Below, piece by piece: positions 12,445 to 27,369 of a stretch of DNA of 64,000 nt. The stretch is from Macrostomum lignano. Its lineage: Eukaryota. Made by a program: the position numbers and the translations under genes. Every line of letters begins with the position of its first letter. The first letter of the stretch is position 1. Location of the stretch: NCBI GenBank assembly GCA_002269645.1, contig NIVC01001626.1, positions 1 to 64,000 on the forward strand, written 5' to 3'. The notes under the pieces were generated by a model. It had not been told where the DNA came from. It saw only the letters and a program-made list of their open reading frames with translations, and made no database searches.

Positions 12445-12635
12445 GAGAAATCTCAGTCCCATTAACAGGAATCCCAATTCAAATAGCAAAAATCCCATCC
12501 CACTAACAGAAATCCCAATTCAAATAGCAGAAATCCCAATCCCACTAACAGAAATCCCAATTAAAATAGCAGAAATACCATTAACAAATACCAATCCTAC
12601 TAACAGAAATCCCAATCCCACCAACAAAAATCCCA
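12445..12635 (+). repeat. Degenerate ~30-bp AATCCC-rich repeat
   Basis: Recurrent AGAAATCCCAAT and CCCACTAAC blocks. Confidence 0.7.
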
Positions 12636-13034
12636 ATCCTTGCTCCAACTATGCCAACCAGTAATTTCGCACAGAATGCCTCCCGAGGTGTCGCCCAGAC
12701 CAGCTGGCCTCGCCGCGCTGGTAATTATTTCCTGCCTCCTTCAAAAGAATCGCCTTAAAATGTGGATTTCTGATCTGCGAGCTCGTGACGGGGCCTGCGA
12801 TTCCCTTCATTGCGAAGCTTAGCGCTGTTTGAACTCGAATTTCCGCCAGCTCAGTTCAAAAAGAAATTGCTTTATGCTGCAGTCGGGGGCGCTGGCATGC
12901 TGCACTACATTAATGACTAGAATTCAACAGTGCCTGCTGCGTCGCAATAGCAACCTGTCAATCAGCGGTTTTTGAGCACTGAGCTGCTTGAAATCCAATA
13001 CACATGTACCTGCATGTTAACTCTTCAATTATTG

Positions 13035-13395
13035 CCACCTCTCCTCCCTCTTCTCCCTTCTCCCTTCTCTCTTCTCTCTCCCTCTCTCTCCCTCCCTCTC
13101 TTCTCCCTCCCTCCCTCTCCTCCCCTTCCTCTCCTCTCCTCCCTCTCTTCTCCCCTCCCTCTCTTCTCCCTCCCTCTCCCTCCCTCTCCCTCTTCTCCCC
13201 TCCCTCTTCCTCTCCTCCCTCCCTCTTCCTCTCCTCCCTCCCTCTTCCTCTCCTCCCTCCCTCTTCCTCTCCTCCCTCCCTCTTCCTCTCCTCCCTCCCT
13301 CTTCCTCTCATCCCTCCCTCTTCCTCTCCTCCCTCCCTCTTCCTCTCATCCCTCCCTCTTCCTCTCCTCCCTCCCTCTCTTCTCCCCTCCCTGTC
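13035..13395 (+). repeat. C/T polypyrimidine low-complexity tract
   Basis: Almost entirely C and T. Confidence 0.9.
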
Positions 13396-14860
13396 TGCCT
13401 GCTTTTGTATTGTCCCAGGTAACGTTAAACATTATTGTTCACTTTGTTCTCCCCACTCCGTTATTGTAGTCGGCCTCTCAGTCTCGCTGACTTCTATCTC
13501 CCAGCTTCCCCTTCTCTGCAACAGTCCCTTGCTTCATCGTCTTTCAGAGCAGGTCGCCCCCGGTAGTCTCGCGCTCCTCCGGCTGCCAAGCAGAGAGTAG
13601 AAAAAGTAAACACGGCAGGGCAGAAATTTCCTGTTTGCTACTGGCGGAAATTTTTCTGTTGTACGCGGCTGGTGCAAGTTTCTATGCTTAAGCCGCTTTC
13701 AATCATTAATTAGCACTGCTGCGGCTGCTGTGCTGTTGCTGCTGCTGCTGTTGCTGTTGCTGCAATTCATCAGAAGCCATACTGTTCCCCTGCTTTTTGC
13801 ACTTTGCAAGGCAACTTGCGGCTCTGAAACCTGTTGCATTTTTAGCTGAGAATCTCCACAGAATGAGCAGATTGAATTTGCTCAGAACATTCACCGGCAT
13901 CTGCTCAGAATATTCACCGGAATTTGCTCAGAACATTCACCGGAATCAAACCCAAAAATGATTCTTGAGCCCAGTGCAGCAGAAAGTTCACTTCAGCAAT
14001 CTGTGTGAATGGCAGACAGACAGTCAATATTTATTTTTGCATGCAAACTTCTGAGCCCAGGTGAGCCAGCTGCAATTACAGTTGGCAGGAATGGCAGCTC
14101 CGCAGCTCATTACTGAAATAGTGGAAGTCAGCAGCTACTGAAGGCGTCGCGCACTGCTGACCTCCCGTGACCAGCAATTCACTGCGAGCTAATCGCCATC
14201 TTCATCATCATTCAGCTTCGTCTTCCCCCCCCCCCCCCCGGAGACAGTATCTGCGTTGCGGGTCTTTTTCCCCGAGACAGGAAGGAGTCCAGCGATTTGA
14301 TAGCCGATCTGCTTTGAGGCAAAAAGTGTTTTTGGTTTTGAAAACAAATTTTAAAAGCTGTCTGCAGCCTCTGAATTGCATTGAAAGACGTTTCCCATTC
14401 CAGTTGACTTTATTCTCAAACCTGCTTATTGGCAATTTTTAAGTATTTCCTGAATTCCTCAATATGCAGTAAAAAAGTGGGGATTTGCGATCTGCAATGC
14501 TGGGACGCACCAGAATCTGCAATTCTGTCTGCTTCTATCTGCATCAAGGCAATTTCATCTCCTATCGTAGATTTCTGCTCCGAGTCCGCAGAAGCAAACA
14601 ATCACGAAGACCTCGGGAACAGAACAGAGTAGCTTTGTTGCTATGAGTAAATCGCACTGCCCCGATTTGTGTCCAATGATTGCTCTGTCCACTGCTCACT
14701 GCTCAGAGAGATGCGCCAATCCCGAGTCACTCATGTAGCTGTTCGGCACAGTTGGGATGATTTTCGATACAAGACACCAAATGGTTGTCTGCTGATCCCT
14801 CTCGGCAGGTTTCAACTCTGTGCTCATCCCCATGCAAGTGCAAATGCGGTTCGCGTGCAC

Positions 14861-15164
14861 CGAGTCTTGGACAGAGGGCCTGAGCACTGAGTCTTGGACA
14901 GAGGGCCTGAGCACTGAGTCTTGGACAGAGGGCCTGAGCACTGAGTCTTGGACAGAGGGCCTGAGCACTGAGTCTTGGACAGAGGGCCTGAGCACTGAGT
15001 CTTGGACAGAGGGCCTGAGCACTGAGTCTTGGACAGAGGGCCTGAGCACTGAGTCTTGGACAGAGGGCCTGAGCACTGAGTCTTGGACAGAGGGCCTGAG
15101 CACTGAGTCTTGGACAGAGGGCCTGAGCACTGAGTCTTGGACAGAGGGCCTGAGCACTGAGTCT
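14861..15164 (+). repeat. 27-bp minisatellite (GAGTCTTGGACAGAGGGCCTGAGCACT), about 11 copies
   Basis: Perfect tandem units. Confidence 0.95.
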
Positions 15165-15204
15165 TCAAACCAGAGGGGCCATCTGCAATTACAATATTTA
15201 GATT

Positions 15205-15656
15205 GTGGTCAGGAGTGGCGCTTAAATTTGAGTCAGAAGTGGCGCTTAAATTGAGGTCAGGAGTGGAGCCTAAATTGTAGTCAGCAGTGGCGCTTAAATT
15301 TGAGTCAGAAGTGGCGCTTAAATTGAGGTCAGGAGTGGCGCCTAAATTGAGGTCAGGAGTGGCGCCTAAATTGAGGTCAGGAGTGGCGCGTAAATTGAGG
15401 TCAGGAGTGGCGCTTAAATTGAGGTCAGGAGTGGCGCTTAAATTGAGGTCAGGAGTGGCGCGTAAATTGAGGTCAGGAGTGGCGCGTAAATTGAGGTCAG
15501 GAGTGGCGCGTAAATTGAGGTCAGGAGTGGCGCCTAAATTGAGGTCAGGAGTGGCGCGTAAATTGTGGTCAGTAGTGGCGCCTAAATTGAGGTCAGGAGT
15601 GGCGCCTAAATTGAGGTCAGGAGTGGCGCTTAAATTAGAGTCAGGAGTGGCGCCAA
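15205..15656 (+). repeat. 24-bp minisatellite (AAATTGAGGTCAGGAGTGGCGCNT), about 19 copies
   Basis: Visible tandem units. Confidence 0.95.
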
Positions 15657-16337
15657 AAGCAGGAAATGGCGCTAAAAATGCTCCGTTTTGAACTCCAGAG
15701 CAGCGGCTGACAAATATTAGTTTTAGTCTTTCTAGAAAATCAATTATTGAATTAGCGCTGTCTTTCAAATCTCACCTGGATTTACCCTCTTCAAATAATC
15801 CAAAAAAAGAAATAAAAGCCGGGCAAATTTGCACGCGCCGCCAGAAATCAACAATTAATTCATAAGCAGCGCCTTTGTCTCTCCGCGCCACAAGCCCCGG
15901 TTGCATGGCTGAAGTCTTCAAGGCGCCGCGCCCATCTCCCCCTCCGCAATGTCCCTCGCTGGGTTTCTTTGATGAAACTTCTTCTGTCTCACCCGTTGGG
16001 CCGCAGCATCGGCTGGGAGGCGGAGGGCGCAGGAAGCCGCTTTTTGTTTGACGCGCCACGGCAAGTCGCGGGCTGGCCCGGGGGTCCGCAGAGCCAATTA
16101 GTGGGGGGGGGGGGCAGCGGCCCTCGTGACCGCTAGGATGCGAAAGCAGGACTTCAACTTTAACTGAACCCTGTTGCTGTGGTCTGGCCAGCTCACCCTA
16201 GGTGTGGGGGATTTTCTGTTGAAGAAACTGAGAACTGATTAAGAGCTGGACAAGAGGATGGCAATAAGCTGCATCTCATTATGACTTGGCCTGAGGCTTC
16301 CTAACTGCCTGTCTGTACTCTCCTGCGCTGCTGACAT

Positions 16338-17387
<1,050 letters not shown>

Positions 17388-17825
17388 TCGGTCAGGCGGC
17401 ATCCCCAGCCAATCGCAGCGGTCCCCAGCTGCAGCGCCCTGCCCTCTAAATGCGGTTCCCCGGCAGGCCAGCCGCGTCTCCTGTTCGCAGCCCAGCAGAG
17501 ACGAAGTGGCAGCCCGCCAGCACCCGCAGAGGAGCAGCTCAGCCCATCGACTCGATACGGCTCAGGATTAGCAGCACGGGAAACCGGTCTGAATAGTCGA
17601 TCGCGGATCAGCAGCTCCGGTGAGGGTCGCCTTGGCAACTCCATTGCACTCCAGGTGTCAATTCTCTCTGGGATTTCAGTGCCAGAGTTGATGGCGTCTC
17701 AGCTAATTCGGGGGGGATTTCAGACTTGAGATGCGGCTTGATGGAGAGGCTTGCGGCCAGGAGTGGAAAGTAGCTCAATACTTGGCTGGTAAGCACAGGC
17801 GGAGTGAAGCTCATCATAAGCAGCG

Positions 17826-19405
17826 GAGTGACACCTCAGCACAGTAAGCAGAGTGACACCCCTCAGCACAGAAAGCAGAGTGACACCTCAGCACAGTAAG
17901 CAAAGTGACACAGTAAGCAGAGTGACACACTCCAGCACAGTAAGCAGAGTGACACCCCAGCACAGTAAGCAGAGTGAAACCCCAACACAGTAAGCAGAGT
18001 GACACCCCAGCACAGTAAGCAGAGTGACACCCCAGCACAGTAAGCAGAGTGACACCCCAGCACAGTAAGCAGAGTGACACCCCAGCACAGTAAGCAGAGT
18101 GACACTCCAGCACAGTTAGCAGAGTGACACCCCAGCACAGTAAGCAGAGTGACACTCCAGCACAGTTAGCAGAGTGACACCCCAGCACAGTAAGCAGAGT
18201 GACACTCCAGCACAGTTAGCAGAGTGACACCCCAGCACAGTAAGCAGAGTGACATCCCAGCACAGTAAGCAGAGTGACACCCCAGCACAGTAAGCAGAGT
18301 GACACTCCAGCACAGTAAGCAGAGTGACACCCCAGCACAGTAAGCAAAGTGACACCCCAGCACAGTAAGCAGAGTGACACCCCCCAACCCCCCCCCAGCA
18401 CAGTAAGCAGGGTGACACCCCAGCACAGTAAGCAGGGTGACACCCCAGCACAGTAAGCAGGGTGACACCCCAGCACAGTAAACAGGGTGACACCCCAGCA
18501 CAGTAAGCAGAGTGACACCCCCCAACCCCCCCCCCCAGCACAGTAAGCAGGGTGACACCCCAGCACAGTAAGCAGGGTGACACCCCAGCACAGTAAACAG
18601 GGTGACACCCCAGCACAGTAAGCAGGGTGACACCCCAGCACAGTAAGCAGGGTGACACCCCAGCACAGTAAACAGGGTGACACCCCAGCACAGTAAGCAG
18701 GGTGACACCCCAGCACAGTAAGCAGGGTGACACCCCAGCACAGTAAGCAGAGTGACACCCCAGCACAGTAAGCAGAGTGACACCCCCCAACCCCCCCCCC
18801 CCAGCACAGTAAGCAGGGTGACACCCCAGCACAGTAAGCAGGGTGACACCCCAGCACAGTAAGCAGGGTGACACCCCAGCACAGTAAACAGGGTGACACC
18901 CCAGCACAGTAAGCAGAGTGACACCCCCCAACCCCCCCCCAGCACAGTAAGCAGGGTGACACCCCAGCACAGTAAGCAGGGTGACACCCCAGCACAGTAA
19001 ACAGGGTGACACCCCAGCACAGTAAGCAGAGTGACACCCCCAACCCCCCCCCCAGCACAGTAAGCAGGGTGACACCCCAGCACAGTAAGCAGGGTGACAC
19101 CCCAGCACAGTAAACAGGGTGACACCCCAGCACAGTAAGCAGGGTGACACCCCAGCACAGTAAGCAGGGTGACACCCCAGCACAGTAAACAGGGTGACAC
19201 CCCAGCACAGTAAGCAGGGTGACACCCCAGCACAGTAAGCAGGGTGACACCCCAGCACAGTAAGCAGAGTGACACCCCCCAGCACAGTAAGCAGAGTGAC
19301 ACCCCCCAGCACAGTAAGCAGAGTGACACCCCCGGCACAGTAAGCAGAGTGACACCTCAGCACAGTAAGCAAAGTGACACCCAAGCACAGTAAGCAGAGT
19401 GACAC
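17826..19405 (+). repeat. 25-bp minisatellite (GCACAGTAAGCAGRGTGACACCCCA), about 60 copies, with poly-C variant units
   Basis: Visible tandem units. Confidence 0.95.
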
Positions 19406-20243
19406 CGGGTGGCAGTCAGCGCTGAGCCCAGAGTCCCCGGACTGTTTATCCGCATGTCCCAGCGCGGCAGGCCGTACGCTGCACTGTTAATTGGGCTGAG
19501 GAGGAGCCGCCACACCAACCGGCACGCAGTTGGTAATAAATTATGAAAAAAAGAAATTTTGCGCGAATTTTCGTTTACATTTGCTCAGCATGGCTGCCCC
19601 CCCCCCCCGAGTGGCCGTCGGTCCGGGGCCGGACCTTCCAAAGCGTCTCCCCCGCCTACTCGCCGCCTTGAGTGATGGAGCAGAGTCTGGGAAGGGGATG
19701 CTGAGAGCGTCATCGCCAATTAGAGTCAGCCAGGCCGAGAGTTGAAAGCGTCATCTGTTGCCCTGCTCAGAGTCTGGCCGGGCGAACAGCGCTCGTATTT
19801 TCATAGTGGATTTCTTGTCTTGACTTCCATTCCTTCTCGTCTGTTGCACTTTTCAGATGACGAGGCGCTTAATTATTTATACGCAGTTATAGTTACTCCG
19901 GCCGCCTACTCAAGACTATCATGCGAAAGTGACGGCTTTTGGATGCGGTAGTTGAGAAATGAATTTTTCTGACAGCTGCCAGCACCCGCTTTCAGTTGCA
20001 GCTCAGCTTCCTTTGAGATCCCACTTCCTGGATGAGCTTCCAAAACTCCCGCAGATCTTTCTGGCTGGCATTTGGCTCAATAGCGACTGAGTGGCCTGTC
20101 ACCTCGCTGACCCCGGTTGCCCCCTCCCCCCCCCGCGGACTTGGCTTGCGGCTGCAGTCCCGTGATGGGAGCCTCTTCCAGTCCTGCGAGGTGGGAGGCT
20201 CCCGGAGGAGCGTTGGGTAAAGGGTGGATCTCAGGATTATGGG

Positions 20244-20851
20244 CGGTTCTCTCAGGTAGAGGGGTGGTTCTTTCAGGTAGAGGGGCGGTTCTCTCAGGTA
20301 GAGGGGCGGTTCTTTCAGGTAGAGGGGTGGTTCTCTCAGGTAGAGGGTGGTTCTCTCAGGTAGAGGGGCGGTTCTCTCAGGTAGAGGGGCGGTTCTCTCA
20401 GGTAGAGGGGCGGTTCTCTTAGGTAGAGGGGCGGTTCTCTCAGGTAGAGGGGCGGTTCTCTCAGGTAGAGGGGCGGTTCTCTCAGGTAGAGGGGCGTTCT
20501 TTCAGGTAGAGGGTGGTTCTCTCAGGTAGAGGGGTGGTTCTCTCAGGTAGAGGGGCGGTTCTCTCAGGTAGAGGGGCGGTTCTCTCAGGTAGAGGGGCGG
20601 TTCTCTCAGGTAGAGGGGCGGTTCTCTCAGGTAGAGGGGCGGTTCTCTCAGGTAGAGGGGCGGTTCTTTCAGGTAGAGGGGCGGTTCTTTCAGGTAGAGG
20701 GGTGGTTCTCTCAGGTAGAGGGGTGGTTCTCTCAGGTAGAGGGGCGGTTCTCTCAGGTAGAGGGGCGGTTCTCTCAGGTAGAGGGGCGGTTCTCTTAGGT
20801 AGAGGGGCGGTTCTCTCAGGTAGAGGGGCGGTTCTCTCAGGTAGAGGGGCG
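20244..20851 (+). repeat. 21-bp minisatellite (GGCGGTTCTCTCAGGTAGAGG)
   Basis: Tandem units, one short interruption near 20500. Confidence 0.95.
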
Positions 20852-21540
20852 GATCTCTTAGCGGGGCGGATCACGAGGTAGGGCTAGTTGAAGACGCAAC
20901 GAACCGAAAAGTGACCACACACACCCACACACTCACACACACACACACACACAGAGCAATTTTCGTCCCATTCCCGAAAGCACCATTGAAGCCGCCCGGT
21001 TGCCACGGGCTAAAAGTTGCGTCAAAGGCGCGAGCCCCCCTCCTGAATCAAATTACCAGCTTTGTAGCGCAGCGGCACAGCCGATGGCCTGTCCCAGAAC
21101 TCATCCGCAGATCTCCGTTCTCCTCACCATTTCCGCCGGGGCAAATTGAGCACTGCTCGTTAGAGCCTCCCTGCTCACTCCCTGCTCACTCCTTGGCCGT
21201 CCTCCCGCAGTCCCCGCCCGGGTTTTCCCCACAGCTCTCGGGTTTCTGTCTCTGGCAGGGGGCTTCGACACCGGAGATCTCCCCAGATTAAGTGGGGGTT
21301 GCGGCGGGAGGGAGGCTGCGCGGCTTACGGCGGCCGAGGAACTCCGACACCACAGCGCTGCTCTCCGGGCAGGGCGGGGCTCCTGGGATTTGCAATTCGG
21401 GATTTCAATGAGCAGCTGTTCATTAACTCCTCTCTGCCCCACCCTGGCCTTCAAATAAAACTGATCCCCATCGGGCTGAGGAATCCCCAGCCCGCTTTGA
21501 CATCTCCCTGCAGTCTGACTCCGGGCCTCCCCTGCCTCTC

Positions 21541-21642
21541 CTCTGGCTCCCTCTGGCTCCCTCTGGCTCCCTCTGGCTCCCTCTGGCTCCCTCTGGCTCC
21601 CTCTGGCTCCCTCTGGCTCCCTCTGGCTCCCTCTGGCTCCCT
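21541..21642 (+). repeat. 10-bp tandem repeat (CTCTGGCTCC)n
   Basis: Visible directly. Confidence 0.9.
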
Positions 21643-22706
21643 GTCCGTCTTCTCTCTCACCCTCTCCTCCCCTTTCCATTTGACTTTCCCGCTCTTCCAT
21701 TCACCTGCAGCCGGCCACCCCGCCCTTTCCTGACCTCCCCTCGCTTTCACTTTCTGCGGTCTCCTTTCTTAACCCCGCAAAGTCCGCTCGGCGTTCCGTC
21801 GATGACGGAAGTGGCGAACTTCGAGAGGGCAAATATCCGCTGGGTTATGTAAAACCTGAGCCGCAGCCCCCCCCCCTGAGCTCACGTGATACTGGGGATT
21901 TTGATCTCAACTCCAGTTGAAGCTTATCCTGCTCCTCCTCCCCAAGGTAGGAATTGGCGAGCTGCTCCGAGAAAATGAGACACTTGCCCTCCGAGCCCTC
22001 AGCCTCTCGACCTCCCGATCAGGCTGGTGGCTTCATCAATCCGCCGGGGCAGCTGGGCTCATGTTTGCCCGGCCCTGAGAGTAAACGAAGGTGTTGGCAG
22101 CGGCGCATGCTGAGCAGGGGTTGCCGGGGTCTCCAGCTGAGAGGCCGCTCAACTCGGTGAAAAGCAATAAATTCAATTCTAGCAACTTGTCTGAAAGGTA
22201 CGCTCGTACTTATCTGCGGCTGAGCGCACGTCAAACGGGTTTCAGGTGAATCAACAGGTTGAGAACTTGTCAACTGAGCTGAAACTCTCTGGCCTTGGTC
22301 CACCTGTGTTGACTGGGCGCCTGTCATTGGCCCCCTGTCTGTCCTCAAACAGATCTCAGTTTCTAACCGGCAGCTCCGGGGTCTTCAACAATCCAAGTTT
22401 GAGCCGTGAAGATTCGCGGGCGGCTGCAAAGATTCCTTGTTCTGATATTGTATAGACTTGTATAGAAGGGGGTTGGTCTGATTGGTATGCACAGGCTGGT
22501 GATGCTCTGCGGGAAACCCGGAGAATGCCTTCACAATTCCTTCGACAAATAGGTGCTAAAACATTGGATTCCTTCCGGTATATCCAATTGCCTTTGGAAA
22601 ACTGAAACCAGTCAACAGCACCAGAGGGTAAAATGTGTTCAGGCTAGATTGACACATCCGCACACTGCCAGCGCTCCAGCATCCGGGATGCCTCCTCATT
22701 CCAGAC

Positions 22707-24032
22707 ATGACCGACGCAGGCGAAGGCGCCAGCCTACTGGAGGATCTTGTCGACACTTCGCCGGTGCCATCGACAGCGGCGCCCGCGAACGCCGCCAAGG
22801 ACCCGCTGCACCTGACGGCCTACACGGTGATGGCGGCCATCATGGCGGTGGGCCTGGCCGGCAACCTCATCGTGCTGCTCGTGTACGCCAGGAAGAAGGA
22901 CGGCCACGCCGCCAACGTCTTCATCCTCAGCCTGGCCGTGTCGGACCTCATCGCCTGCTGCCTGGTCATCCCCATGTCCATCGCCATGGAGGTCAACGAC
23001 TACATGAGCAGCGCGCTGGCCTGCAAGCTGTACTACCTGCTGAACTGCAGCGGCATCCCCTTCTCGTCCATGCTCATGGCCGCCATCGCGGTTGAGCGCT
23101 ACTTCTGCATCTGCCGGCCCTTCCTGCGCGCCATCACGGTGCCGCGCGCCAAGGCCATCGTGCTGAGCCTCGGCGCCGTCGCCTTCTCCCTCGGCCTGGC
23201 CATCGCCGTCTTCTGCAGCGTGGTCGTCCGCCGCGTCGACGGCGACATTGGCAACGGCACAGAGACAGCCGCGTTGGAGTTCGCCGACTACGGCGAGTGT
23301 CGCGAGATCAGCGAGCTGAAGCGCAGCCTCGCCAACGAGTCAGCGGCCACAGCATCGCGGATCACAATCTCAGACGCCAGCCTGGTGTTCTTCAACATCT
23401 TCCAGAAGCTGCACCTGTCCCTGTTCGGCGTCTGCATCGCGCTGGTGTTCGCTCTGTACGTCCGCATCTACCTGTCCGTGCTGCGCCTGCGCCGCAAGAA
23501 GCGCGAGCGGCAGCAGAACCGCCAGCAGCTCGAGCGGCTCGGCACCGTCGCCAACAACGGGGGCGGAGGCGACGCCGGCGCCGAAGAGCCGCGGCCAAGC
23601 GGCGGCCGGGCGCAGAGCCGGCGCAAGTCGCTTCGCCTGGTGGACAGCGACGCGCTGCAGAACCTGAAGACTGCCGCCATGCTGTTCGTGGTGACCATCG
23701 TCTTCACGGGCACCTTCATCCCCGCCGCGCTGATGATCGTGAAAGTGATCGGCTTCAACGTGCTCATCTTCTACCTGTACTACCTGACCCACGCCACCAA
23801 CCCGCTCATCTACTGCTTCATGAACCGCAACTTTCGCGAGGACCTGCGAAAACTTTTCTGCCCTGGAGCCGCCCAACAGCGGCAGCAGCGGGAGCGGCAG
23901 CGGCTGCAGGAGCAGCATCAGCAGCGGCAGCAGCAGGTGCAGCAGCGGCTTCTTCAGACGCCTGAGAACCTCGACACTGCCGAAGAAGAGCGGCAGGAGT
24001 GCCGCGAGTGGATTGAGGCCTCCTGCGTGTGA
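22707..24032 (+). CDS. Intronless class A (rhodopsin-like) GPCR, probably a peptide receptor, 441 aa
   Basis: TM1 GLAGNLIV, TM2 LSLAVSDL..C..IP, TM3 AVERYFCICRPF, TM7 ATNPLIY; seven hydrophobic segments; high GC3. A YAG acceptor (TTCCAG) sits 2 nt before the ATG. Confidence 0.95.
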   Translation: MTDAGEGASLLEDLVDTSPVPSTAAPANAAKDPLHLTAYTVMAAIMAVGLAGNLIVLLVYARKKDGHAANVFILSLAVSDLIACCLVIPMSIAMEVNDYMSSALACKLYYLLNCSGIPFSSMLMAAIAVERYFCICRPFLRAITVPRAKAIVLSLGAVAFSLGLAIAVFCSVVVRRVDGDIGNGTETAALEFADYGECREISELKRSLANESAATASRITISDASLVFFNIFQKLHLSLFGVCIALVFALYVRIYLSVLRLRRKKRERQQNRQQLERLGTVANNGGGGDAGAEEPRPSGGRAQSRRKSLRLVDSDALQNLKTAAMLFVVTIVFTGTFIPAALMIVKVIGFNVLIFYLYYLTHATNPLIYCFMNRNFREDLRKLFCPGAAQQRQQRERQRLQEQHQQRQQQVQQRLLQTPENLDTAEEERQECREWIEASCV

Positions 24033-24074
24033 CCGGCCGTCTGCGCTTGAGCTGATGAGGTCAAGCAGACACTT

Positions 24075-24210
24075 CCTGACCCTGCGCTGGGACAAGGCGA
24101 ACACTGACTGACCCTGCGCTGGGACAAGGCGAACACTGACTGACCCTGCGCTGGGACAAGGCAAACACTGCCTGACCCTGCGCTGGGACAAGGCGAACAC
24201 TGACTGACCC
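24075..24210 (+). repeat. ~34-bp tandem repeat (CTGACCCTGCGCTGGGACAAGGCGAACACTGA), 4 copies, just 3' of the GPCR
   Basis: Visible directly. Confidence 0.9.
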
Positions 24211-24383
24211 TCGAGTATAAAGTAGTGACCGATTTGTAGTAATTTTTAATAACTTTTTTACATTCAATCTATTTGTGAGCGTCAGAATGCATCAAGTACT
24301 CGCTCGTGTTGATTGCAGGTTTAGAAGCAATTTTAGAGGTATTTCATCGAAACACTACGAGCGTATTCAGGTACATTCGGGAA

Positions 24384-26610
24384 CATTCAGACACATTCAG
24401 ACACATGAAGACACATTCAGACACATGCAGACACATGAAGACACATGAAGACACATGAAGACACATGAAGACACATGAAGACACATGAAGACACATGCAG
24501 ACACATGAAGACACATGAAGGCACATGAAGACACATGAAGACACATGAAGACACATGAAGACACATGAAGACACATAAAGACACATGCAGACACAAGAAG
24601 ACACATGAAGACACACGAAGACACATGAAGACACATAAAGACACATGCAGACACAAGAAGACACATGAAGACACATGAAGACACATGAAGACACATGAAG
24701 ACACATGAAGACACATGCAGACACGTTAAGACACATGAAGACACATGCAGACACATGCAGACACATGAAGACACATGAAGACACATGAAGACACATGCAT
24801 ACACATTAAGACACATGCAGACACATGAAGACACATGAAGACACATGCATACACATTAAGACACATGCAGACACATGAAGACACATGCATACACATTAAG
24901 ACACATGCAGACACATTAAAACACATGAAGACACATGCAGACACATTGGGCCGTATGCAGAAAGCCAAGTCCAGACTAGCTAGTCCGGACTTGTGTAGTT
25001 CAGTCTATAGTCTATGGTCTAGCTAGCCTAGTTCTGCTATAGTAGACTGGTCTAACTTTGCGTTTCTGCATACCAAATCCAAGTCCAGACTAGCTTTTCA
25101 AGACCGGACTACCCTAGACAGAGCTTTCTGCATACGGCCCATTAAGACACATGAAGACACATGAAGACACATGCATACACATTAAGACACATGAAGACAC
25201 ATGCAGACACATGCAGACACATGAAGACACATGAAGACACATGAAGACACATGCATACACATTAAGACACATGCAGACACATGAAGACACATTAAGACAC
25301 ATGCATACACATTAAGACACATGCAGACACATGAAGACACATGCATACACATTAAGACACATGCATACACATTAAGACACATGCAGACACATGCAGACAC
25401 ATTAAGACACATGAAGACACATGCAGACACATTAAGACACATGAAGACACATGCAGACACATGCAGACACATGAAGACACATGAAGACACATGAAGACAC
25501 ATTCAGACACATTCAGACACATGCAGACACATGAAGACACATTAAGACACATGCATACACATTAAGACACATGCAGACACATGAAGACACATGCATACAC
25601 ATTAAGACACATGCAGACACATTAAGACACATGAAGACACATGCAGACACATGAAGACACATGAAGACACATGCAGACACAAGAAGACACATGAAGACAC
25701 ATGAAGACACATGAAGACACATAAAGACACATGCAGACACAAGAAGACACATGAAGACACATGAAGACACATGAAGACACATGAAGACACATGAAGACAC
25801 ATGCAGACACGTTAAGACACATGAAGACACATGCAGACACATGCAGACACATGAAGACACATGAAGACACATGAAGACACATGCATACACATTAAGACAC
25901 ATGCAGACACATGAAGACACATGAAGACACATGCATACACATTAAGACACATGCAGACACATGAAGACACATGCATACACATTAAGACACATGCAGACAC
26001 ATTAAAACACATGAAGACACATGCAGACACATGAAGACACATGCATACACATTAAGACACATGCAGACACATTAGGACACATGAAGACACATGCAGGCAC
26101 ATTAAGACACATGAAGACACATTAAAACACATGCAGACACATGAAGACACATGCAGACAATTTAAGACACATGAAGACACATGCAGGCACATTAAGACAC
26201 ATGCAGACACATTAAAACACATGAAGACACATGCAGACACATGAAGACACATGCATACACATTAAGACACATTAAGACACATGAAGACACATGCAGGCAC
26301 ATTAAGACACATGAAGACACATGCAGGCATATGAAGACACATGCATACACATTAAGACACATGCAGACACATTAAGACACATTAAGACACATGCAGGCAC
26401 ATTAAGACACATGCAGGCACATTAAGACACATGAAGACACATGCAGGCACATTAAGACACATGAAGACATTTGCAGGCACATTAAGACACATGAAGACAC
26501 ATGCAGGCACATTAAGACACATGAAGACACATGCAGACACATTAAGACACATGAAGACACATGCAGGCACATTAAGACACATGAAGACATTAAAACACAT
26601 GAAGACACAT
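24384..26610 (+). repeat. 10-bp satellite (GACACATGAA/GACACATGCA/GACACATTAA), interrupted by a MITE
   Basis: Visible directly. Confidence 0.96.
24948..25140. mobile_element. 193-bp MITE with perfect 18-bp TIRs and a 3-bp TSD (ATT); PIF/Harbinger-like
   Basis: GGGCCGTATGCAGAAAGC (24948-24965) and its reverse complement (25123-25140); ATT at 24945-24947 and 25141-25143. Confidence 0.88.
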
Positions 26611-27369
26611 GATAAAGAGCATTTTATGACACTGGGACAGACAAAAGTACATAAAGCATTCAGGACAGGCAAATTTGCAGAAGCTCAGCTCAGTCTCACC
26701 CAGACGGACGCACCGCAGTCCTGCACTAATCCTGACAGGCCAGTTTAAGCAGATAATAAAATCAACCCCTGCAACTATGCGACCCCCTTCAAAAACTTTC
26801 ACCTGTTGCTGTAATTACTTTCGCTTCGTGTTAATTTTCTTCAGCGCGTCTTTTTGCACACAAACCCCGCGTCTTTAATCAGTTCAATGCGAGCGGGTGC
26901 GGCGCCAGCCGCTGGGCAGCTCACAATGCAGCCCTCAATACGGCTCACAATGCAGCCCTAATCAGCTCCGCAGCCTGAGCGAGTGCACGCATACCTATTT
27001 TTACTTTTTCGGATCATTTTTTCGGGCTTGTCGAGGGGGTTGGAAGCTGGCTAAGAAGCCCCGAAGCCGCTCTGGGACAGCCAAATAAATATATGGCCCT
27101 CCCAGCCACAGCAGCAGCCTGGGGGGCATCAGTGCGCATCGATCTCCACTGCGCCAGTAATGAGCCAGCGAAGCTGCTGCGAAGCCAGCCTCAGCTCGTG
27201 TGTCGCATAAATCACCTGCCGCCGTCTGCCCGCTGGCTGCCGCATCTGGCTTGGCGGGCACAATGCAAACCGGAACTCCCCTGACTTCCGGACTTTCCCT
27301 CTCACAAGGCCCGCTGCCCACCCTCAGTGCAACTGGCTGCCTTCTGACCTCTGACCACTCACCCCCTGC

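Noticed and set aside
17826-19405. RSS/Transib-like heptamer CACAGT in the repeat unit
   Set aside because: No nonamer at 12- or 23-bp spacing and no transposase nearby
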